DNA of 56,434 nt, filler included, from Sphacelaria rigidula (taxonomy: Eukaryota): the NCBI GenBank assembly GCA_964200075.2. It is 7 parts of 7 records of this genome, joined end to end, with 100 filler letters (N's around TTAATTAATTAA, not from the genome) between each part and the next. Parts side by side here need not be neighbours in the genome. Positions count along the whole stretch, not along the records: positions 32,307 to 40,282 come from CAXNAA020012776.1; positions 40,383 to 48,358 come from CAXNAA020012777.1; positions 48,459 to 56,434 come from CAXNAA020012778.1; 4 more parts are not named here. One strand, given 5' to 3'. The notes below the pieces were generated by a model. The model searched no databases. It worked only from the letters and a program-made list of their open reading frames with translations, and had not been told where the DNA came from. Shown here one piece after another: positions 38,047 through 51,531 of this stretch. Every line of letters begins with the position of its first letter. The first letter of the stretch is position 1. Position numbers and translations under genes: made by a program.

Positions 38047-39121
38047 CGAAGCGTGCTGATTATCTTGCATATAGATGACAGCCTGCAATGAATTGCTTCA
38101 TTTTCTGGTATCGCCACTGCCACAGACAGTCATGGGCTGCACTGCCTCATGGGTGTCTCACCATTTCAACAGTACATATTGCGACCATCCCCTTTGCGCG
38201 GAATTGAGGTTCTCCACCCCGCACAATATGGTTAATCTCAACCACCATTACGTCATCATGGTCACGGTCAAAAAACGCAACCGAGAAAAAAAACGGTTGC
38301 CTAGCCTGTGCAGTGAGTGGCGTGTTGTACAGCATCTTTGCCAACCGACACCAGCCCTCAATATGGGGGGTACTGTTGGTGGAGGCGTGCCTATCCCCGA
38401 CCGATCACATCGATCACGAGAGGTCTTCGTCACTGCCGTTGTGCACGCACCCTCAAGGTGGCGTGAAACTGGCGAGTGATGCGATCTGGGAGACTGCATG
38501 GATAACTAAAACGCCACTAAATTCACGAAGGAGAAATACGACCAAAGCTACCCCAACCCGTACAAAATGTAATTACGTGAGATGACGATGAGCAAGATAG
38601 AGTCTACACCTGGGGTAACACGGTTTGAAAAGCCCGAAGTTCTGGCGGTATTTGCACTGGGCCACCTACGGTGCTCTGGTACAGATCACAGCACAAAAAC
38701 GCAAAATAGGTGACAGGTGAATGCATACGTACAATTCAAATCGAGATCAATCACGCGAATTGTCAACCTGAGTGACTTGATCAAAATGATACGGTGAAAG
38801 TTCGTACAGGGCGGGGGGGCAAGGGGGGGAGGGCAGCCGAACACCCCCAGAATGCGACCACACCCTGAACAACGGACACACCAAAAGTATATTGCGCAGA
38901 TACTAGACGCGGGGGGCAAACTTATCGATATATATGAATATATTGTCGAACACAACAGAGGACGAAACACATAGTTTGATGGGTATTGCAAGGGACAATG
39001 GATGTGGCAAGTGTCGATCGAAACTCTACGGCAATCGCGATATATTGATATCACTGGCTATCGATGGCCATCGTATACCGCAGAAGATTCTGGGATATAC
39101 ATATCGATGGCCATCGCCAGA

Positions 39122-39385
39122 ATCAATAGATTTGATGAGGCATCTGTCGATAGCCATTGCCGTCATCAATAGATTTGGTGAGGCATCTGTCGATAGCAAT
39201 TGCCGTCATCAATGGATTTGATGAGCCGTCTATCGATAGCCTTTGCCGTCATCTATAGATTGATGAACAATCTACCGATAGCCTTTGCCGCCAACAATGG
39301 ATTTGGGGGCATCTATCCATAGTCATTGCCGTCAACAACCGATTGTTCTAGGAAGCACCTTTCGATAGCCGGTGACGCCAACGAT
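39122..39385. repeat. Minisatellite, 43-bp unit, about 6 copies
   Basis: Unit atcaatagatttgatgaggcatctgtcgatagccattgccgtc, decaying to the right. Confidence 0.88.
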
Positions 39386-39579
39386 AGGTGTTGAAAATTA
39401 AATTGCTCACTGCAGTGGTCTCATGACATCAACGTCAATACCCCTCACACATGAACATGCAGCTACCTCAGGCAATAGCTGGCTGTAGCTTCTATGAAAT
39501 AAGGTGGAAACATCCCCCGAAAAGTGTGCACACATAGCTAGTGATCGACGCCATTCGGCTCCAATTTTAGCCAGAAAAA

Positions 39580-39785
39580 TATATTGATGGCCGCGATTCA
39601 GGCCGCATTGTGATCAGCGATAAACATCAGTGGCCGCGATTCAGATTCCATTGTGACCAGCACTAGACATTGCTGGGCGCATTCAGATCCTATTGCAACC
39701 GGCAGAAGATATTGGTGGCCGCATTGTGGATCCTACTGTGATCAGCGATATACATTGGTGGCCGTATTTCAGAGCCTATTGCAAC
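39580..39785. repeat. Degenerate minisatellite, about 42-bp unit, about 5 copies
   Basis: Recurrent attggtggccgc...ttcaga...attgtgatcagcgata. Confidence 0.75.
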
Positions 39786-42452
39786 ATATAACAAAAATCG
39801 ATAGAAAACTTCGCCCCTCCATTTGTCACGGCAATGATACATTTTGTCTATTGTCCCGAAGCTATTGTTGCCTACAAAAGCTGTCGATAGATAGTGATGC
39901 CAGTCGATTTTTGTTTTCCCCATCATTTTTTTTTATTTGTCGCACTTTGAACCCCCTCCCCTTCTGCGGGACGAGTCCGTGGTCTCAAGGGATGAACTCA
40001 TCTCTCCCCGGTAGTCGATTTTGGCTGACCACGAACATTGATGGTGAATTTTTCGGGGCTGTTGTAGCAGCAATGTTACATTGCATAGTCTATTGTTCAG
40101 GGTGAAGCACATCGCCCCCACTCACAAAATTACTATAAGCACTCATGTCCATCAGAGGGACAAGCCTGAGTATCAACTTTGAGTCATCCTACGATAGGGG
40201 AGGGGGGGGGGGGTACTTGATTGTACAAAAAGAGAGGCTCACAGTGTGCCGGACGACCTGCCACACTCGCGGTGCGCTTGTANNNNNNNNNNNNNNNNNN
40301 NNNNNNNNNNNNNNNNNNNNNNNNNNTTAATTAATTAANNNNNNNNNNNNNNNNNNNNNNNNNNNNNNNNNNNNNNNNNNNNCCCGGCTTTGTAGGGATG
40401 CGAGGTCACTGGTCTGATGACTATGACATGCATGATCATGAGTACACTCCCCGCCCAAGAAGAGGGCTGGTTGGAGGCAAAATCCACGTGCGTATTAAAT
40501 GACAAGAGTCGAGCACACCGAGCAGCTGGCAACTCCCGCGCTTGGGGTCGTTATCGCCAATGTCGCTCATTGGAGGCGCTTCATGCAGTTTTGAGCCAGC
40601 TGTTATTCGCTATATGACCAGTTTCTTCGTGACAGTTTTGGGGCTGGTTTTGGTGGGGCTACCGCGGCATTACTCCAACGTATTTATGATCTCTTTTCAT
40701 CATTTTTTCTATCTTTTAGTTTGGCTTGTTTCAGAGTAACTAAACGTAGAAAAGGGTGAGGGTGAATTTCCGTAAATATCTGTCGAGACCGCATCATCTC
40801 TTCACAGAGGCGACACCATGAGATAGCTCTACATGTCACCTCAACGGTGTGTCCCGGGTTCGAACTCGGGCCCCGATAAAGGTAACGGGAAAAAAATCCT
40901 CGAAGTTAAGAAAGCAACGCAAAAACCGTCAAATTGGTGGCGGACGATAAGAGTGTTGGGTGACTAGAAGGAAGGTTTTACAAACCCGAAGGCAATCCCC
41001 TGCGAAGATCGCCCGCTTGACAACCCAATACACCCACGAAAAACATGAAGCAAAGCGCACAAATACAGACGCTAGTCGAGGAAAAGGGTTACCTCTATCA
41101 ACCTCTTCTCCTTTCTTGTCAAAGATGCAACTTTGTTACGCGCAGCTATGCTGCAGGGACTTCTCGAGAATGTCCTCTCTGGACCGGCACTCTATTTAGT
41201 GTAGTGCTTTCCACGTTATCCTCGTTCGTGTCTCCTTTGTCTTTCGTTTTCTGTTTCTTGCCCGTCTCTTTTGTCGGCCCTGTTCGTTAACTATAATCTT
41301 TCTCCGTTCTCGAGTTCCCTTCAGCAGCTGTTTCCACCTATTTGCCTCGTGTATGCCAATCTTGTGACGATAACTGGACTTGTGGGTTCTGGTCAGTTAA
41401 TATTTGACAATCAATCAATCAACGACACGGGACATTTCCGGCTACTCCGAGTGTACGCTGCTGTACCATTGAATGGGCTTCGCCTCTGCTTGTTCAGTTG
41501 GCTTCTATCTCTGCCGCTATACTGGTAGAGCTCAACCCGGAATATTTGCGCCGCTCGGGAGCGGTGAAGTAAGGAGTACTATAAAGATCGTTTGAACCGG
41601 CCGCCACATAGTTAATCATTCGGTTTTGTTGTGTATCGTAAGACGCAACTTAGGGTCTCGAGGGTAGGCGAAGCTTCTGCGACAATCGGCGGGACTAGAT
41701 CGATCGGGAGCGATCGATATCCAAGATTGGGAGGGACACCTACTACGTGCGAAGCATAGTCTGCCATACGAGGTTCCCATTTCTTCAAGTGTGGGGTATG
41801 TCGGCCCGCTGTTGTTGTGCTCTTACGTTCTCCAGTCTCTTGTATTCCGTTCCCGTTCTGCGTTCTGCCTTTTGCCTCATTCTTTTTTTTCCCCTCTCCT
41901 CCCGCGTTGTTAGCGTTTGTGTCTCCCGTAGAGCAAGCATTTGGGATAAAGTTCCTCATCAACTACAATAATGCTGTCTGGAGATAGCCGAGTTTCCACT
42001 CGCTTTTGCAAGCTTAGTTTGTCGTGTTGTGTTCATATGTTTTAGAAGGCCTCCGTACCTAAATCCATGAAGAAAGGGCATGGCGATTTACACTTTTTCG
42101 GGGCCGTCACTAGGTGGCAGCATCTCTTGCAAGATTTTTTCCTTTAGTTTCTTTACGTTCTTTCACTCTCTCTCCCCTTTTCCGTTTGCAGTATATTCTG
42201 CCCCTTCTCTCCTTCTCTTGTCGTCTTCATCCTTCCTCTTTATCGAGGTCTCCTGAGCGAGTGTTCCAATCGATGTACCTCATCGGCTACCTCGTGACGA
42301 CTGCTGGCTTTGTCGTGGATCGGAAAATGTGCAACAATCGATCTACCGCCGGCCCACCCACTATTTCAACAAAACGAGATTCCTAGGGGACTAGAAGATG
42401 TAGAAGATCAATGAATCGATCAGGCAACCAGTCGATCAATAGAGTTGCTCAC

Positions 42453-42736
42453 CTGACATCGTCACGCTGTTGTTGTTGTTGTTATTGTTATCGTTGTTGT
42501 GAATTCCGCAAGCCTGAGCCTGCCGATATGCAAGGTTATCGGCCGCCAGCAATGCAAGGTTTGCCTCTGTGTCTGCATCTTGGGCGCTGTCTGGTTTGTG
42601 TCGCTCGTAAATTCCCATCATGGCTTCCCATGTTTCCACCGTTCCAGGCAGCGGGAATGTTGCCGGCGGGGGAACAGGGTTGCGCAGGGGAGTTGGCGCC
42701 GAGATTATGGACGGACCTTGGCGGTATAGGTACGCT
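42453..42736 (-). CDS. Putative exon of an unidentified gene
   Basis: Open from a tag acceptor after a (CAA)n tract to a GTGAGC donor; AYLYRQGPSIISAPTPLRNP...ETWEAMMGIYERHKP...poly-N. A phase-compatible terminal exon may lie at 41612-41739. Confidence 0.45.
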
Positions 42737-42747
42737 CTAGGTGCCGT

Positions 42748-42779
<32 letters not shown>

Positions 42780-43328
42780 GCACCTGCAGCAACAGAACGC
42801 TCAATAGCCGTGCGTGATATACACCAGAGGCCGAGGCAGGAGAGACGTGGGAGAGATAGCGTTGGGCGTAGGTGCAGCGTCTCGGTAATCAAGCTGGTGC
42901 ACCGTCGGCCAGGTTGGGCGGGTTAGTAGATTCGAAACCCACCCGTATCGATATATTTCACTGGTTCCCGCCTAAGGGTGTGCGGGTGAGGTAAGTAACA
43001 ACTCGACGATCGTCGACGGGCTGCAGGAGTGCTACGAACCATGATTCCAACCTCGGTGGCGATTGCCAACGAGATACCGGGGATGACACTGTGGGTTGAT
43101 GCCTTGAGATGACGGACTCTTCCCGAGGAGGGAAGGCGGGAGGAAGATAGAAGTACTACGAAAAAAAACAAAACCACATATAGAATCGAAACCGGGCTCA
43201 CACGGTCCTCGACGGCAGTGTCGAAGCCTGATCATGCTATGACAAGCGGGAGAAAGAGGACTGACTGAACACGCGCAGACACCGCGCGTGGTGTCATTGT
43301 GTGTCAAGTCCAAGCATAGTAGACGATT

Positions 43329-43864
43329 CTCTCGTGAGCTTGAGAGTCTAGCGTCGATTAGGATCGGGTTTTATTTTACGCTCTAATTTGACCAATTGTT
43401 CGTGTTGTGTGACACTTTCTACGATAGCCCCCCCCGAAAAAGTGCATGGTTTTGGGAAGCAAAATTTTCACGTAAATCGAAGTGGAAAGAGCCGAGCACA
43501 ACGAGAAGCTGGGAATTCCCAGGCTTGGGTTTGTTCTAGCCAATGTCGCCAATATGAGGCGCTTTGTGCAGTCTGAACCCGATAATCAGGCGCTGTATGG
43601 CCATTTTTTTCGTCACACTCTTAGCTGGTTTTTGGGGGGGGCTATCGTGGAAAGTGTCGTGTGTTCTTTTCCTGTAACACTGTCGTGTACATACAGCTAG
43701 ACGTTGATATCCTACTGGGGGATATCAAAGACTTCAGTGAAAAGCTATTGCAGAAAGCGTACCAGGCATCGTGGATGGACATTTCGGAACTGAAACTATT
43801 TCATTAATTAGGTGCACGCTTCTCCCTCTAACTCGTACCGTCTGCTCTCAATCTCACGACAAAA
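43329..43864. mobile_element. MITE family B copy with a nested family C MITE
   Basis: Left part 43329-43410 and right part 43660-43864 match family B; 43411-43658 is a separate TIR element. Confidence 0.75.
43411..43658. mobile_element. MITE family C (about 250 bp, poly-C/poly-G TIR)
   Basis: TIR GACACTTTCTACGATAGCCCCCCC / GGGGGGGCTATCGTGGAAAGTGTC; related copies at about 1-250, 17060-17270, 40450-40672 and 56120-56372. Confidence 0.82.
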
Positions 43865-43869
43865 ATGCT

Positions 43870-46050
43870 CATAGTACAGTGGTCGCGTGGTAAAGCAAAC
43901 CAACGGGATCAACCTGAGGAGTTGAGGGTGTCAGTTTGTGCACAAGTGTCACGCTTCGTTTCGAAAGTTGGGCAGCGGCGCGTTGCCGGATATCTTACCT
44001 CAACCGAAGATGTGCTCCTGATCACTTGCATAGCAATATTTTCGGTGAAAGCGCGCTTTTCTTTTTTCACCGGCGTCGAGATTTGGGTCCTTTTTCTGGT
44101 CTTGCGCGACTGGACGGTGGGCCATCAACGGTACAGTTCAAGGGCAGCGTTCAGCCGAGCGATGGGTAGGTAACAAAGGCAAGCACGATTGGAGGGGGAA
44201 AACGGATCCTTTTGTCGACACGACCAACCGCAGTCTTGCCCCTTTGGTGTACCGCATGGAGTAACAAGCGGCGGCGATGGAGCTGTGTGCGTTGTCCATG
44301 CATCGCTATTCCTCTTGCCTAACCCACCCCTATGTTCGTTTGTTTGATCCCGGAGAGTTTGTCGAAGCTATACGCATCCTTATCCAGGTTTGCTGGGCGG
44401 CAATCGCCTATGCACACGCAGGTATCGAACCCGAGGGCAACGACACTCAGGTACATATTGAACGCGCGTGGTAATGTCCGTTGGACGGGTATGTCCTCGC
44501 ATGCTTATCTGCTTACCTGGGTACGGCGTTCGTTAGGTTTACCCCCCTCCCCGTCTCCGAATAGGTCGAACAGCTTTGCCTCGATCTGTATCGCTTCCTT
44601 TTTGGAGAAGATGAGCGGGTCTCCGCTGCCGTCGAACTCTTTGGTCTTGTCGAGAAGTGCCCTGTGCGTTGAGCGAGAAGAACGTTCGGTACGTGGTATA
44701 TTGCGGCCAGCAACAACCCGCGGACGTTCCCTGCTGTGAGCTAGTAAAAGAGGAAGGCTCACAGATTATGCTGCTTCCGACAAGGTGTTGCTGACGAGTC
44801 AGGCAACGCGAAAACTAGATAGAGTCCCCACACGGATGAACCGAAGATCCTGCGTACAGCCACACAGCCCGACACCTGTAGCTCCAGCAACTTTCGTTTT
44901 CATCAGACCTTCACCGAAAGGTGATATTTCTCATTTTTATCAAGGCGGCAAGGAGTATCCTTACACGGTTCCGTACTCACGAGACTGCTTTTCCCTGGTG
45001 GTGGAGCTTGACAAGCACAGCTGTCTGCTCCGTGGAAAACCCTCCGATCAGGCTGTGTTGTTGGGCATGGAGACGAAAAATAGGACAGGGAGGCACCGAC
45101 GCATATTAGAAATTGCACAGCTACTGTCCCATACGTTTCTTTCAAATCAATCGGATTGTTTCCGTCACCGGAAGGGTACGCCTAGCCTCTGGGGGTCACA
45201 ACTCCGTTTTTCAGTACAGTTTAGTGTAGGTGCGGACAGTGATCGCCGATTCCAAAGAACACACAACATCGCGCAGTGGGCTGCTCCAATTTTCAATCTT
45301 TTGATGGGTGATGTGGATATAATGGAAAACATCACAGCCACAACGCATATGAGGGGTGTCACCATTTATGATTTACAGGTGATATTACTCTCACGGGATG
45401 GTAAGTATTTACCGTACTGCTGAAGCGGAGCTCACTCTGCGTCTATCAGACGATTCCGCCCCTTCCTTACACATGCCGTGGATTTTTTACCTTTGTGCGA
45501 AAGTACTCACTCGTTGATCACGTTTCTGACTTTGCCCTCTGTCCAACCAAAATGGCACTTCTTGCCGAAGTTCTGGAGGGTCAGCAGCGTCGAATCGGTC
45601 TTCTTTGCCCCCTTCGGTCGTTGCCCCAGCGTTGGCCCAGGTGGGCTCTTGGAATTGTTGTGCGCTTCCATTAGCAAGCGGCATATTTCGTTCGACGGGC
45701 GCATGCAGCACCGCAGATGCGTTTTTGGCTGCAATGGTGTTGTTCGTTTCGGGCGGGTGGTGAAGATTGCCAGAGTAGAGAGGGCACAATCGCACGGCGA
45801 GCACAGCGGTGACCATCAAATGGATGGAAACTAGTGAACGTAACGCTTGTTCGTGGATTAAGACGGGTGTCACTACCGAGTGGCCGGTGGTATACGGTAT
45901 CCGCATTTTGGAGCGTGCCACGTCATGATACGTTATGGATGAGTTGGACGATGTGCGTACCGCGTGAATTGGATTATGATCGCACGCGTTGTCGCACCGT
46001 ATACATCGATTCGAAACCCACCCATACCTCGTGACTTTCATCTAGTAACC
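43870..46050 (-). mobile_element. Degenerate coding region, possible KDZ-type transposase N-terminal half
   Basis: EFDGSGDPLIFSKKEAI followed by TLPRAFNMYLSVVALGFDTCVCIGDCRP...SFD, resembling the Cys-cluster region before the first catalytic Asp. Many stops; boundaries approximate. Confidence 0.38.
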
Positions 46051-49000
46051 CGATTTACGCTGTGCACCTGCTCTTCAACTTGCCAATAACCTAGGGACGC
46101 CCCAAATGCGAACAACGTGTATCAGTGACCACCCGTGTAGCAAGTGCCCATCCACAGGTGAAACGGAGGAGAGATCTAAAGATCAAGCCCCGATAGCCTT
46201 GATGTTACTCTCGAGCTCTCTTCTGTCCAACGGGAGGAAACTTGGTGGGGAGCTCATTGTGTTCCGCTCTGTCTTCGCTCTTGGAACAGTAATTGACCAC
46301 ATACTTCCTCTGCGCCATGAATAACTTTGGTTATTGGGTGCGGATTATACCCCCCCAGCGAAGGTACCTACGATACTGTAGTTGCTACGGAGATGATGAT
46401 AGGAAAAACTAAAATCGGAGTCACAGTTACTGAGATTTTTCAGGGCGAAGGTGCCCATGTTTTTGGGAATATTTTCGGGTTTTGTTTCGATTTTTTCCTC
46501 ATACCTCCAATCGCCGGCTTTGTTGTTACGAATTTCGACGCTCAGTCACTCCCTACCTACCACAACCACGATACACTCTCACGAGCACACCCACCCACGT
46601 CGTTAACAGGATGCCGAAGCATTATCATTCGGCCGCCGCTACGCCATGGCGGCGGAGATGGCGCTGACTACTCGACCAGGAAACTCAAGGGTTCCGGAGG
46701 GTATTCTAGGTTCGCTCACCCAGCGCAACAGCGTTGGGTATTCGGAAAACCTTTGGGAAAACTGCAAAGCTCAGATAGACGATACCGGCGAGCTAGACCT
46801 TTCAAGCATACGTCGGAGTGGGCGGTCGTCGCCGCACACTCCAACAATGACTGCGGCGCTGCGAAGCTCAACGAAGTTTCTCAACTTCTGTTCCTGTCAA
46901 CATCCTGCTGTACCCCCCCGAAACGGGGGCGGCGAACGGTCATTTTCGGGCCGACCAATGTTTTCTCGACCGTTCGCTCACGTAGGGTATTGTGGGCGAA
47001 CAGAAGAAAACAAATGTCGACCAAAAAACGTCAAGGATTTCAAAAACATCATCGCCTACCGCATTGGACACGATTAAGGCCCCATTTGAACATCAAACAT
47101 ACCTTACTTATGGCACGGAGGAAGTAGGTCATGTCCAATAACAACTGACTCGGAACGAAGAAGCCTACCCGTGCGGTATACGTACACTACGTATAGGTCA
47201 ACCACACCTCTGACCTTGCCAGACGTTGGCTGACGCTATTTGGATATCCAGAAATACTCGTACTGTGCTGTGCCCCTCCTTCGCTCAACTAGAAATGGTT
47301 GTGAGTTACGCGATGATGATGAGTGACGAAACTTGCTAAGGCTGTTAGATTGTTCTACGGTAGGGGTGCACGTTACATTTATGGGGCTCTGCACTGTCGG
47401 AGCCTCTAGATGACAAATATCTGAGCCTTGGCGTGTAGCCTCAGATAACGTGTTGACAAAAAGTGCACCCCAACCGTATAGAACCCCTTTGTTTTCAATA
47501 TCTTGAACAATTATACCCGGAAGTACGAGCTTGGCCAGCCTTGGTACAGATCTGTAGATTGCAGTCCCGTTCTCGCCTCAATGATGAGAGTTGGGCTTTC
47601 ACATTTGGCATGGAGAATTAACAAGGCATGAAAAACATATAACCCTTCGAATTATGGGAATGCCATTCGTGAGTACCGTCAAAATCAAGATCCAGTTTTC
47701 ATCGAAACGTCTGTAAGCCATGAAAAGCAAAACATCACCGTCCCAAGAGACACATTTTTATTATGCCCTGTTGAATATCCATGCCAAAGTTGTCCAACGC
47801 GCAAAATTGAGGTAAAATGCGCGATTTAGAACCCGGGCCGAGAGAGATCTGGAACAGTATTTAGCAGGCCATTTACCAGCCCAGTTTTGGAACTTGTGCT
47901 TGAATTTTTTTTTGCGGGAAATCGCCAGAACATGCATCGCAAAAAAACAAAGTTGGGACGCGTTTTTTTTTTTCCATGAGTAAAAACTGTTTTGATGCAA
48001 CAAATGCCATTTTTCACGAGAACACCCTTGAAAAAAAATAAGGGCCTACCTCTTTGTTTTAAGCACACCCTTCTCCATACCCAATTTCAACTCAAAATTC
48101 CAAAAGTTGAGCTGTTCACACCAAAAACCGTCGTCACCCGCTGTACAATACGTCTTTCGGCGTTTCATGGAGAGACTTGGCTGTGGACCTTTGTCCCCGC
48201 ATGTGTGAATTACTCGACATAGCGTGTATAGTCAACGAGAAAAAATGGCGCAGTCTTTTGAGCAAATCGGCATCTTCCCCTTGAAGACAATTGAAACAGC
48301 CGATCATCTATGTTGAGGATGGTGCCTTTCATTGAGGATGAGAACCCGGAGGATTAAANNNNNNNNNNNNNNNNNNNNNNNNNNNNNNNNNNNNNNNNNN
48401 NNTTAATTAATTAANNNNNNNNNNNNNNNNNNNNNNNNNNNNNNNNNNNNNNNNNNNNCGGCTGGTGCGCCCACATATACCGAAAGGTGTAGACCGGCGT
48501 CCAGAATAGATGAGACGACAACACACACAACACACACACACATTAAACATCCGCGGTTTCAATTGGTACGGTCATGTTCTAAGGCATAAAATATCCTGAG
48601 ACTGAGGGGCAGACGTTGTTGTAAGAGAGCTCTCCACATCAGCACGGATACCTCGCGCCACAGACTAGTCACCGCGCATTTGGCAGCTGGGTGGGAAAGG
48701 ATACCTGTCACTCCGAAAGGGAGGAGCGTTTGTTAAATCAAATCGCAACTAGCACTCTAGCCTATTCTGAACCTAATGGAAAAGTCCGCACAAGGGCGGA
48801 CACGCGCCTGTCAGAGAAAGGTGAATAGCTTCACGTGGGAGCATGCGAGCAAAGAATCCCCGGTTGATTCTGATAAAAGAAAACTACAGCAACTGCCCCT
48901 GCCATTTTCAGATCGTCGTGGTGACGCGCGCGCCAAGTCCGGCATTGTGAGGGAGGAGACATTGCCCCCTGCCCGGACAGGTCCGCAGTGATCCTTGATA

Positions 49001-50011
49001 GAAGACACTCTTCTTTTTGGCTGCGTTGTTCGGCCGCGGCTTGCTCGGCACGGCGTATAGAACCCGAGGCCATCTGCATCTGACATATGGAGAACCTTAG
49101 CTGGTGGATTTTTTCATATTTTCCGTCTTGGTGCCAGCCTCGACCGACAGGGGGTCGACGTAAACAACGAGGATGGCAAGATCTACTCCTGCCTGCACGC
49201 CGATTTCATATCGTCACCCTCTAGAATTGTAATTACAAAGTGTTCTTGTTTTCGGAACAGTTCAGCGTCGTGCATGAGCACCCTTTCAAGCCATGCAGCG
49301 CACAAATCGCCTCGGGTCGACGAAACTGCTGCGTCGAGACCTACCTGCGGCTTCAGTCTGCACATGTGTCGACTTTCAGCGTCATCAGACGCCTGGTGTA
49401 CTGTGTTGGGGCGCCTTTTCTCCGAAAATACCGCCTTCATATTATTGAAAAGGGACACCACTGTCATATGTTGTCTCTAAACTGAGAGACAGTACCGGAA
49501 GGTGCCGACATATATGTTTTTCGCTACTTGCACCGCTGTCTATGCTTGCACTCAGGGGTATACTCGGTACCTGCTTCCCCTCTTCGAAGGCGGCAGAGAG
49601 CAGCGGGCACCAACATATTTCAACCGGCGCCTGTTCGGAGAATGGTTGTACCTGTGTCCATGGTGCGCAGGGGTGCTTCGCCACCCAAGTGGTCGGTAAG
49701 TGGGTGGTCGCTCTCAGGGTTGGCTTCGTGAGCCCTGCATGGGTCTGCTCGCCTGCCTGAACTGATGTTGACATGAGGTTATCGAACTTGTGTTGTACAG
49801 AACACTAGTACAGAAAAGGGTTTTAGGGGGGAAAATCTGAACTCGGGGATGAGCGAAAAACGGATGGACTGTTTACGCTTAAACCCCAGGTCTGCGTTAT
49901 TATTTTTATAAGGTAGGTGTGGGCTGTGGCCAACTTTCCAGGGTTTGGTATTTTCTGTTCCGAGTGCCACGTGGTCGGTGTCATGATTTGAAGAGGTACA
50001 AGTCGCGCCGT

Positions 50012-50311
50012 GAACAATGCTTTCGTGAGAAGGAGAGTAGAGAATACGGCTGAGAGTGAGATGTAGTCAATTAATGAATGAGTAGTTTCGGTTCCAAAAT
50101 GCCCCTCGTTGAGGCCCGATACGTTTTCTGTAGTAGCTTGCCACTGTTGCCCTTCATATTCCTGAGTAAGATATCGACGTGTAGCTGTAAGGAAACGCCA
50201 ATGTTACAGGGAGAGAAAGGCACACAGAATGAAAAACTGGTCAAGTTAAAGCGAGTGATAGAACCCACTCTGAATCAGCGCTCTACTCTAAATCTCACGA
50301 AAACATTGTTC
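50012..50311. mobile_element. MITE family B copy
   Basis: TIR GAACAATG(C/T)TTTCGTGAGA; interior is the reverse complement of 22736-23037 with substitutions. Confidence 0.8.
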
Positions 50312-51531
50312 GTACTATTCTACGTTTGTACTCCGCGCCTACCCATGTGGTGCTACCCGCACAGCGTGGAAGAGCATGAAAGCAGTTGTCTGTGCTGTCC
50401 CCGTACTATTGAATACGCAACAGCAGTATCGTCAACACAGCTTCCGGCTACGAACCCGGCACAGTATACTGCGTTGGGCACACAGGCAGTGCACCTTGGC
50501 GCCCGCTAGTCGTTCACAATTCCTGTACCGGTCGGTGTATGGTACAGAAGTAGCACAAGTTCTGAGAACTGCACTGTCACAGTGTATGTAGTATGTAGTA
50601 TGCAAGTGTGCACATGCCTCTGTGTGCGCATGTGCATACGCTGAGCAAGCGAGAAGGGGACGCAGCTCGCGCACGTGACGTATCGCGAGCGTGATGGCCG
50701 CTGCGTCAAACAACCCAGTCTTACCCACAACACGATGCCGACACCGGAGTTGAGGCTGTGACCGTCAAAAATGTGTCGCTTACACACTGAACAGCTCAAG
50801 ACCGACGCCTGAATACAAGAGTATTCAGATTACCTGGCCTGGTCTGGGTGGTGAACTAACTCACTGTCAGATCACCAGAATTTATCGGAACAGGAAGAAA
50901 CAATGATCCAAAATGTTGAGACGTCGGACAGATGAGCTCCCTGTAGCTGCGCACTATTGCCAGTCTCGTGTGTGTGTTCAGCTAGGCAAAGACGATGTGA
51001 ACGATACGTGGTCTAATCGTACTGCCCAGCATGCTCCACTGTCGTTCCGCTAGAGTTCATGACCCCTTCCACCATCGTTGTTGGTGGCATGGTGGTGCAA
51101 AATCGTTGCCATGCGGCTTGTCTTGTATTTGGTTTGAAGTACCGTTGTGCTGCATGTACGGCTTTAGCGTTCCGCAATGTAGTGTACCGTGGTGTTCTGC
51201 TTTGCACCGTGCCGTACTGTAATGTACTGTACTGTATACTGTACTGCACTGTACTGTACTGTACTTTCAAAAACGGTCATTCAGGCATTGTTTTCAAGCA
51301 AGCCTTTGAAGCTATAGGGCCTAGGGTGTCTTACAAAAAAAATTGAACAAGTGGGGCGGAAAAGAAAAATTCCGATCCGATACGTCCACGTCCTTTATGT
51401 TCTTACATGGCTTCAACTCTTGTTTACAATTCTTAACGCGCGACCGGAAGGCGAAAATATAAAAGCTCCACACGTCGGAAGGATTAGCTCCGTGTAGCTC
51501 GAGCTAGCTCTTTTCTAGCGTAGCTCCCTAC

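Noticed and set aside
39122..39385. CRISPR-like array
   Set aside because: Units are contiguous tandem copies with no unique spacers, no cas genes are present, and the context is eukaryotic.
40849..40872. tRNA gene (GGTTCGAA T-loop hairpin)
   Set aside because: No D-arm, A box or cloverleaf visible on either strand; at most a SINE remnant.
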